NCBI GenBank assembly: GCA_958009085.1
Contig: OY253673.1
Coordinates: 806,001 to 870,000, forward strand
Length of the DNA stretch: 64,000 bases
DNA from: Protoeuglena noctilucae
Lineage: Eukaryota
Direction: 5' to 3'
Part shown: positions 55,482 to 64,000 of the stretch, one piece after another
Layout of the letters: each line of letters begins with the position of its first letter
Position numbering within the stretch: position 1 is the first letter of the stretch
Notes under the pieces: generated by a model
What the model saw: only the letters and a program-made list of their open reading frames with translations
Told to the model about the DNA's origin: nothing
Database searches by the model: none
Position numbers and translations under genes: made by a program

Positions 55482-58400
55482 ATGTTCCCCTTCGCTTCAG
55501 AGTCCATGTACGGCGGGCCGACCACCCGCGCACGCTCGGCTTTGAATGCCAAGCGGCCTCGGGTGGAGGAGTGCGAGAACGTCGACCCGGAGGTAGATAC
55601 CCCGGCCCGCGCCGCTCCGCTCGGTCGTTTTTCTCGCTCTCCGCTCCGTCGCGACCGGACGGCCCCCTTCCGCGCCCGCAGCGCGAGCTCCACGGTCTTC
55701 GCCACGCCTTCGGCTCCCTGACCAACGCCCGCGGCCAGGACGCGACCTTCGTCAGCAAGCAGGTGAGCGTCGATAAATATAACGCGCTGGTGACCGCGCG
55801 TCCGCCATCGCGCCACTTTTGGACCGGCCCGGGACCTCCTCCAATGTTCCCGCCTTTGGGGGCGCGCCATTCGCACTGGGGCTCCCCGCGCGCCTGGCGG
55901 ATGCGATGAGCGCATGGATATTTACGCAAAGCGCGCCCGGCGATGCGCTTCGCCCCTGCGCGGGCCGCCGGGGCGGCACTCCGGGCCCCTTGTGCTCGGG
56001 GGGGCCCCGACGCCACGCACGGGGTCCGCCGCCCGAACCCCGGCCGCCCAGAGGGCAAGACGATCCCGGATCGCTCGCGGGAAGACGGCCGACCCCCCTC
56101 CCCCGCCCGCCATCGCAGGGGACGGGCGCAACCGCCAAGGCGCAGGGTACGGGGCTGGCTTTCGCCAATGCGGCGCCGCCGCAGGCCGATCGGGTGAGCC
56201 GCGCATCCAGCGACGCTTATTTCCTTAATACGCCGCGCCCGGCGCCCGGTTATGCGCTGCGCAGCCCCCGGTTTGGCCAGGCCGGGCCTTCCTTTTGGGC
56301 GTGCTGGGAAGGGCCTGCTTGGCGCCCTCCGCGGGCCGCCGCTGCTTCCGCCAGCGCTCCGCGCCCCCTTTCAGTCCCGAGTGCGCCCCCGCGGACCCGG
56401 CTGGCCCACTGGTGTCGCTACCGGGCGCTCCCAGCGACTCGGCAGGTTGGCTCCATGCCCTTTTCGCGCACGGGAAGTAAGCGCCGCATGTCCCTCCATG
56501 CCCGCTCGAGGATTGGCTTTTCGCATCCGGTGCGCTACGTCCGGGCGGACCGCGCGGCCCCCCCGGCTCGTCCCACCGCCTTGCACGCCCCCCAGCGGTT
56601 GAGGGCGTGGATCGGGCCCGTGCGCCGTTTGCCGCCCTCCCGGGACGCTGCGTATGCGTTGCGGGAATGTCGGCGGCCGAGATTTACCCCGGGGGGATCG
56701 GCGGGCGCCCGCCCGGGATGCTTTGGCAGGGTGCAACAGCCCGGACCCTGCTGGCGCCGGGAGCCCCCGCCCCCGGGGCGCCCCGGCCGCGCCGTCCGCA
56801 GCGCGCGCTCTTTGCCTCTCGTAGCGGCCAATCCGATGCCGCGGAGGCTTGGATACCGTCCCGCGGCTGAGACCTGAGGCCTGCCTTGCGCCGACGCAGG
56901 ACGCATGCTCCCGGCGGGACGGACAGGCGGAGGCTCTGTGCAATGCGCTTCCCAAGACCCCGACCGCGATCCAGAAGGTGCGCGATGCCCCGATCGCCGC
57001 GGCAGGGGCCCGGCGGGCCGGCAGCGCTCGGCCAGTCGGTGCGACCCCCGCACCCCTTGCGGACCCGCAGGACGCGGCCCGCACGCTGACGTGCGACGAG
57101 GTGTGCGTGAACGACCGCGAGGATCGCTGGGAGAACATCGGTGAGGCGCCCGCGCGATGACCCAGCGCCTCGTGCACGGCGGGACCCGCGCGGCCCCCGG
57201 CCCCCACCGCCGACGTCCCTGCCGCGCGGCCTCTCCCCAGACGTGGACCCCGCGAACCCCGTGCTCGTGGGGCGATACGCCAACAACATCTTCCGCAACC
57301 TCCAGGCATCAGAGGAGACGAAGCGCCCCAACGCGCACTACCTGGCCATGCAGACGGAGATGACGGCCCAGGTGCGGGGCACGACTTCCGCGGCCGGCAC
57401 CTGGCCCCGGCCTGTGCGACGCCCCGCGCGGCGATATCTCAGCATGACGGCGCCCTGCGCCATGACCCCAGCGCGACGACCTGCTGCACAACGCCAACCG
57501 CGTCCCCTCCCCCGGCCGTCCCCCGCAGATGCGCGCCATCCTCGTCGACTGGCTCGTGGAGGTGGCGGAGGAGTACCGCCTCAACAGCGAGACGCTCTAC
57601 CTGGCCGTCAACTACATCGACCGCTTCCTGTCCCGCGTCTTCGTCTCCAAGTCGCAGCTGCAGCTCGTGGGCATCACGTGCATGCTGGTCGCGTCCAAGT
57701 ACGAGGAGATCTACGCCCCGCAGGCGGGGGGCGTTGCTGTCAACGAGACTGGGGGTGGTGGTGGTGGTGGTGGTGGTGCGCTGGGCCCCGGCCGCGAGCC
57801 GATGCGCCGCGACCCGGCTCGCCGCCTCAGCACCTCGCCAACACCTCGTTCCGCAGGTGGACGAGTTCTGCTACATCACGGACAACACGTACACGCGCGA
57901 GGACATGCTCCAGATGGAGTCGCTGGTGCTCGACACGCTGCAGTTCGAGTTAACCGCCGCCACCAGCAAGGCCTTCCTCCGGCGCTTCCTCCAGGCCGCC
58001 CACGCCGACTCGACGCTAGAGTACCTGGCGGCCTACCTGTGCGAGCTGGCGCTTGTGGACTACGAGATGCTGCGCTTCCCGGTGAGGGGATGGGGGCGAG
58101 GGAGATTTGGCGCAGAAAGGGAGGCGCGACGGCGGTGGCGTGGGCGACGGTGCTAGGTTTCTCAGCTGCAGTGGAAGGGCGATGTGACCAAACTCGGGGC
58201 TGCGACGGGAGGGGTTGGGGTCCCTGTGTCCGCGCTTGGGCATGGTCCTCCCCTGCCGCAGCGGACGCGTCATCGCCCACGCGCCGCCCCCCTGCCGCAG
58301 GCGAGCAAGGTCGCGGCGTCCGCCGTGCTGCTGTCCCTCTACACGCTCCAGCGGCACCCCTGGACGCCCACGCTGGCCCACTACACCCAGTACCCCGCCT

Positions 58401-58661
58401 CCCAGCTCGCCGACTGCGCCCGGAGGCTCTGGGTCCTCTTCCGCAGCGCGCGCCTCCCCTCGGCGCTGCCCGCGGTGCGGGACAAGTACTCGGCCCCTCG
58501 CTTCAAGGTGAGGCCCCGTGCCGCCACCCGCAGCCCCCGCGGCCGCGGCCCTTGCGCCCCGGCACGCCGTCCTCAAGGCATCGCCGCCCCGCACGCGCCC
58601 GCAGTGTGTGTCCAAGCTCATGCACCCGCACGAGCTGCCCGGGCACATCTTCAGCGACTGA
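55482..58661 (+). CDS. CYCA: A-type cyclin
   Basis: D-box RHAFGSLTN; cyclin box [16 protein letters not shown] (A-type LVEVxEEY signature); KYEEIYAP and FCYITDNTY. About ten exons, including a 75-nt exon at 56119-56193. Confidence 0.95.
57754..57777. repeat. (GGT)8 microsatellite in cyclin intron
   Basis: Eight tandem GGT triplets. Confidence 0.9.
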
Positions 58662-59311
58662 GCTGCAACTGGCGGACCCCGCTGCACCCGCGGCGGAGGC
58701 CGCCGACGGGCGGCGCGGCGGGGCAGTCCCCGCGCGCTTGCCGCCCGAGCGTGACGCGTGGCCCGCATACCCCGCTCGCTTTTTCCTCGCTGCTCCGGGG
58801 CACCGCCCGCCTCCCCCCTGTGTTGGTCCCCCCGTGCCGCTCGCCCTGTGCGGCGCTGGGTGGGCGGGTGCGTGCACCCCGTACCCGGGGCCCGTTTCGT
58901 TTCTCGTAGGCGCCCTCCGGGCCTTCCGTGCCAGGCCCGGACGGCGACCTTGTGCTGGCTGCCGAGCCCATGCGCTCCCCGCTGGCGCCGCCTCCCGAGT
59001 GCAGACTTTGGTTCTGACATGCATAGCGCGACATAGGCACCCTCCCGTTTCCTGCGTAGCTGACCTGCTAGCTTTGCTTAGCCCCCCCGCTAGGGCACGT
59101 ATGCACGGCACGGCATGCCTCGGCGCTGCCAAGAGTCGAGATTCTATCAGCGGTCTGACGCGCGCATGCCTCGTTATCTGCGATCTAGGGCCCCCATTTG
59201 CGGCCGGCCCCGTGTGACGAGCCAGGCAATCCAGTTGAAGCACTCGTGTGCCTTGTCTTCACATGCCATCACGCGCGTTCCAATGTCACCCCTACAACCG
59301 CACGCTCCCCG

Positions 59312-61653
59312 TCACTCCCCGTCCCCGCCCTCCCCCCCATCGCCCGCGGAGCGATACGTGTCCCACACCTCCCCCAAGCTCTGCGAGCGTTGGGCAGAGT
59401 CGCACGGCTGGGCTGCCACAGGGCACCGCTCTCGCCTGCCCCCGCCATGTGCCGCACATCTCAATGCGCGACTCGCCTCGGCCATGTCCCCCAGCGCCTC
59501 CTCCTCCATCCCCCACTCCTTCACCACAGCCCTGCCACGCCGGCTCCTCAGTGCCCCCTGGACCCCGTCCCTGCGACCCACAGAGCAGCACCCCTGACCA
59601 CATCCACACGGGTACCACATGACTCGCCTGCCATGCATTGCTCTTTGCAACCCTTCCAAAGCCAGCCATTCCGTTGGCTCCCTCCCAGCCCACGCACCTC
59701 GCGCGCCGCACCAACTCCCCCGCCTCCCAGCAGCTCATCAGCCTCGTCAGCACTGGCATGTGACGCACGTGCCGCCCCGTTGAACACGCGCTCCCCGCTT
59801 CGCCATCGCGGCCCGAACTCGTCAGCCCGTCGGCGGTGAGGTGCGGGGCAAAGTACCCCGGTGTCGTCGCAGGCACGGGCTGGGGCACCGGGCATACCGA
59901 CGCGTACCGCACCCAGCCGCGACCCCTCTCCTGCGCTTCACGGACCGCCTCGCGACCAAGCGCCTCAGCCACATGCCCCGCGTCAACAACTCCACCGTCC
60001 ACCGCCAGCCCTCTGCAAGCCATGCCCCAGGGGTCCGTTGTTCCACTCGCTGTGCTGCCGAGTGCTTTCGGGTGCCAGCCTTCAGTGGAGCAATGCGCGC
60101 GGGTACAGGTGACCCCGCGCGGCTTCACCTGGCACTGACGGACTCGGCGACGAGACCGGGAGGTGGGCCCGGGGTGCGTAGGACCGACACAGGCGTGACA
60201 GGGTCGTGGATGCTTGGGCATGGGGTGGACGCGGCGAGGACAGCCACGGGGCCTAGTGGTCCGGCGACGGCGCTCACCACGTCGCGCAGAGAGGCTGCGG
60301 CCGGCCCCACGGCACGTGCCGGGGTGGTGAGGCAGTCCAGAGCGCTAGCCAGGGGCGCACCGGCCAGGTAAGCGCCGGCCGCGCCCATCACACCGGCCGC
60401 CAGGCGCCCTCGGTCGAGGTGCGGGAGGTGCGCCACGGCTCTCGCCGACAGGGGCGCCACCACGAGCGGCAGGCGCTGCTGCACGAGGGCCGCGAGGGTG
60501 AGCCCGTGCCCCAGGCGCGCCTGCAGGGCCACGCCCTCGTCTTCAGAATCAGGCGCGGTGTCGTCTGGGGCCGGGAAGTCCTCCACGGGGTGCACGAGGG
60601 CAGGGACGGTGTGGCCGACGTCGTCAGCGATGTACTGCAGCGCGTGGCAGGCGAGGGCCGAAAAGCCGGTGGGGTGGTCGAAGAGGACGTGGAAGCCTTG
60701 CAGGGAATCGCAGCTTTCAGTCTCCCGGCGAATCGCCTCCTCCAAGCCGTCCCTGAGAGGCAGAGGCAGGGCGACGGTGAGGCGATGCGAGAGGGACGGC
60801 GGCATGCGTGCTTGGGCCAGGTTGCTCGGCCGCACCTGAGCTCCTCGGAGGCGAGGACGTCCGAGCACTGCTGCCAGGACGTGAAGGGCGACGTGCCCCA
60901 CCAGACGGCTGGGAGCTGCAGGACGCTCTGCGCGCTGAGGTAGGGCTTGGTGAAGTCGGTGAAGTGGCGGGCCTGTCGCTCCAAATGGCGAGCTGCCGTG
61001 ATCGCGGGAGACTCCTCGCTGGCGGACGGGGCGCATTCAGCCTGCCCCTCTGCCTCCAGCAGGTGCGTGAAGTCGCTCTTCGGCTCCGCGGAAGCCAGGT
61101 AGTGACGTGCGGCACCGGTCTGCGAAGTCGCCGCAGGGAAACGAACATATGAATGATAAGCAAAAGATGGTTGGCAAAGGGGACAGCGGGGAGCACGGGA
61201 GAGCGCGGGGGGGCTCACCCAAGTGGACAAACCGGACGAGGCTGCCGCTGCGGCCGCCGTGGGGTCGACGCCGGGGCCCACAAGCGTTCCATGGGGCGAC
61301 CACGATCCGAGCGCGCCGCGCTTGTCGACCATCACGCACCGTGGAGTCATTGTCGACTGCCCGGAAGTGGACGCCCGCTCCCGCAGCAAGGTCCCCACTT
61401 CGATGTGGGAGGAGGCACGCTGGAACGGCCCATCCGATCCCTCCAGGCCGACAAGCTCATCCTGCAGTAGATCCGCACGCAAAACGCGTCGAACCAGCGA
61501 GCTTCTACGGTGCAGCAGCACGACAGGGCCGCTGTGCGCGCGCTTCGGCCAAAGCAGTCGTAAACGGCGCAAGCACGCAACCTGAATGTTCCAAAAGTGC
61601 GCTCCGACAAAGTTGGAGAAGGCCCCCAGCTGCAGGGTGACAATCTCCCGCAT
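59312..61653 (-). CDS. MSTO1: Misato/DML1 tubulin-FtsZ-like protein
   Basis: MREIVTLQLGAFSNFVGAHFWNIQ|DE, TPRCVMVDKRGALG, HFTDFTKPYL and IRRETESCDSLQGFHVLFD..TGFS. Confidence 0.9.
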
Positions 61654-61752
61654 GGATGCTGAGCTCCCTCCCCCCGTCTCGAGGAATCTCGCTCGCTTTC
61701 AATTGAGGCTTTCTCTGTCATGACGAAATCGGACACTCAATTCAGGAACAGC

Positions 61753-64000
61753 TCAAGCAGCGACACAGAAATAACTTACTAGCAGCTGGTGCAGCACAGC
61801 CCGCGTCAGCATGCGGGAGGTGCGCAGCACGAACTCCGCTGCCTGGACAGCCCGCTGCATCGCAGACGCCTTGGCCACGGCCAGGTCCACCACGGCGCAC
61901 GACACGACCTCCTCTCCCAGCGTGTCCTCCCCATTCATTTGCGCGCGCACCACCTCATCACCCTGCCACCTGCGCACGCCCAGCACCTCCCCCGGCCCCC
62001 CCGCCACCCACCCCCACCACGCGAGATGGACCGCACCCGAACCCCCCTCCACGCGCGCCTCTGCTGGCCCCGCCTCGAGCGTCATTGCTTGCTGGAAGTC
62101 GGCAGGTTCCCAGGCTGCGAGCGGGGATGCGCTGCGGAGACGACGCGCGACCTGCGCGCGAGAATGGGACTTGCTCAGATGTGCCGGGGCAGGGCGGCCA
62201 CTCCTGAGCTCCGTCTGGGGCGCGCTCGCGAGCGAGGCACCTCTCGCAGGCACCGAGCCAGGATGAACGGTGCTGTGGACTCGGGACCATCCCCGCGCCC
62301 ATCGGCCCTCGCGCGGCCCTCGAGGTGAGCCGCGAGGCAAAGCTCTGCGGCCCCGGCGCCCGGCACGACCCAGGGGTGTTCGACGGCCGTCCGTAGCACG
62401 TGGTGGGCCGCGTCTGCCGATGCCTGCAGCGCCGCGCCTGCGTATGGGGATCCATTCGGGGCTGATTGCCTCCAAGAGCTGATGAGACCGCAAAGACGCT
62501 TCTCAACGAAGGCCAAGGCACGAATGACGCAACGGTTGGACCGGGCTGTGGTGCATGGGGCCCACCCCGATGGAGACGCAGCGAAGCGAAAGCAAAGCAA
62601 CACACCGGCGGCCTCCGTGGGGGCGCAGCAGAGGAGCGTCAGGACGGGGCACGAGTCATCGTCGTCGCTTTCGGGCTGCTCCGACACCCGGCCCCACGGC
62701 ACGATCCCGAGGAAGTCCCTCCCCGCCACGCGCCGCAGATACACGTGTGACGCTGCGCCGAGGCTGTCGCGGAGGGCGGGGCCCAGGGCGTGCTCGATAG
62801 ACGGGAGAGGCACGGCGCCCGTGGCGCGCCTAAACGCGCCCACGTGCATCGCCGAGAGACGCTCGACTGGCAAAACGCCTCTCTTGCGGAGCGACTCCTG
62901 GACCAAGGGATGGACTGTGATGGAAGAACAAACTCGCCAGTCCAATCCCCCGCATGCTTAAGAGCAAATCTCTGCTCCTGTCAAGGTCCCCTGTGCCCAG
63001 GCTGCAGCACAGGCGCCGCCTGCTCGACAGTTCGTGACACGCAGAGGACTGCTAGTAAAATCGCGGACTCACTGGTGCGTTGGCTGGCCACCACCCTGGC
63101 CCCCGCGGCGCAGAGAGCCTCGACTGCCGCGTGCAATGCCGCCAACTGCGCTGCCTCCGGCTGCGTATCCCCCGAGAGCATGTCGATAGAGGCGGCAGGG
63201 CCGAGGTGCCGAGGAGCTTGGTCCTCCGTGGCGGCAAGCACGTCGAGCGGGCAGGTGAAGAGCGCCACAAGGTACGGTGCGTCGGCAGGGCCCATGGGCA
63301 GCAGACGCTCGTGCCCGGATTCGATCCTCAGGCGGGACGGCGCCAGGACTCCAGGCAGAAGCACGCTGGCAGCCACGGCCCCTCCCGGGGCGGCCTGTGT
63401 GGCAGTATGGTGGCAGGCAACCATCCACAGCACGTTCCCGACAGGCGACAGCACGCCCATGCTTGCGCATGCTCACCAAGGTTCGGAGCCCGGAGGCCAC
63501 GTGCCCCGTGGCGGCGGTGCGGACGAAGCCCTCGACGACGAGCCGGGCCATCCGCTCCACACCTTCCACCCCAGCCACAGGAAGGACCTTAGGGCTCAGG
63601 ACGCCCCTGGCCAAGCCGAGCAGCACGTGCGCATTGCCCCAGTCGAGCTCAACGCACATTCGTCCCACGCCCGCGTCTGGTGGGGCGTCGAAGGCAGGCG
63701 ACGCATCGTGTCCCATTGCGGGCGCTGGATGCGCGCACTTGCCACAGCGCAGGCGGGGCGGACCGTCGGAGCGGCAAGCGAGGTCCGGCGGGACGAGGAG
63801 AGCCTCCACGACGTCGGCGTGGTGTCGCAGCGCTGCCAGACACCGTACCCGGAGCGGGCCTGGAGGGAACGCCGCCGACACCTCCTGCGCGAGGAACGTC
63901 ACGACGGGGTTGGGCACAAGAGCGATTACCGACACCGTCCAAAAGAATGGGCTGTCTAATCAGGAACCGCATTGGTGTGACCGTCTCCGTCATAGCAAGG
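61753..64000 (-). CDS. MKKS: MKKS/BBS6-like chaperonin-like protein (5' end outside window)
   Basis: Exons give ELDWGNAHVLLGLARGVLSPK, ASVLLPGVL, RLLP...VALFTCPL, VVASQRT|VHPLVQESL...PVERLS, LTLLCC, AAHHVLRTAVEHPWVVPGAGAAELCLAAHL and VVDLAVAKASAMQRAVQAAEFVL. These are collinear with human MKKS segments as I recall them. Confidence 0.75.

Noticed and set aside
57529..59217. 562-aa cyclin ORF with a long novel C-terminus
   Set aside because: It is read-through of introns; the spliced cyclin ends at 58661.
61640..61790. Possible MKKS-Misato fusion via the GTAAGT donor near 61779
   Set aside because: The AG acceptors I tested before the Misato ATG give out-of-frame products, and the frame leading into that ATG has a stop. 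It could instead be a UTR intron.

Overview
This is eukaryotic nuclear DNA: very GC-rich and gene-dense, with many short (~80-150 nt) spliceosomal introns. Plastid and thylakoid transit peptides plus plant-type genes point to a chlorophyte green alga. The mitochondrial ATP synthase beta subunit lacks the chlorophycean C-terminal extension, and cilia-related genes suggest a flagellate. I reconstructed about 24 spliced protein-coding genes by eye: a small plastid membrane protein, a cysteine-synthase-like protein, a secreted mucin-LysM protein, a calmodulin-like protein, RID3/WDR18, a TPR protein, an ATXR4-like SET protein, an EXD3/Mut-7 nuclease, argC, a PP2C, mitochondrial ATP synthase beta, GID4, an R2R3-MYB, a Rab1-like GTPase, a YFH7-like kinase, a lumenal cyclophilin, cyclin A, Misato, an MKKS/BBS6-like chaperonin and several coiled-coil or disordered proteins. 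Top findings: (1) a gene that looks like a herpes-tegument-type (VTD/C76) deubiquitinase with an N-terminal AMPK-beta-like CBM48 module and UIMs, one of which forms only after splicing; (2) an MKKS/BBS6-like chaperonin in a green alga, ~100 nt upstream of Misato; (3) an SVBP-like helix at the end of a long disordered protein; (4) an unusually high number of GC-AG introns. I found no tRNA, rRNA, CRISPR array or transposase. Exon boundaries are manual and some 5' ends are uncertain.
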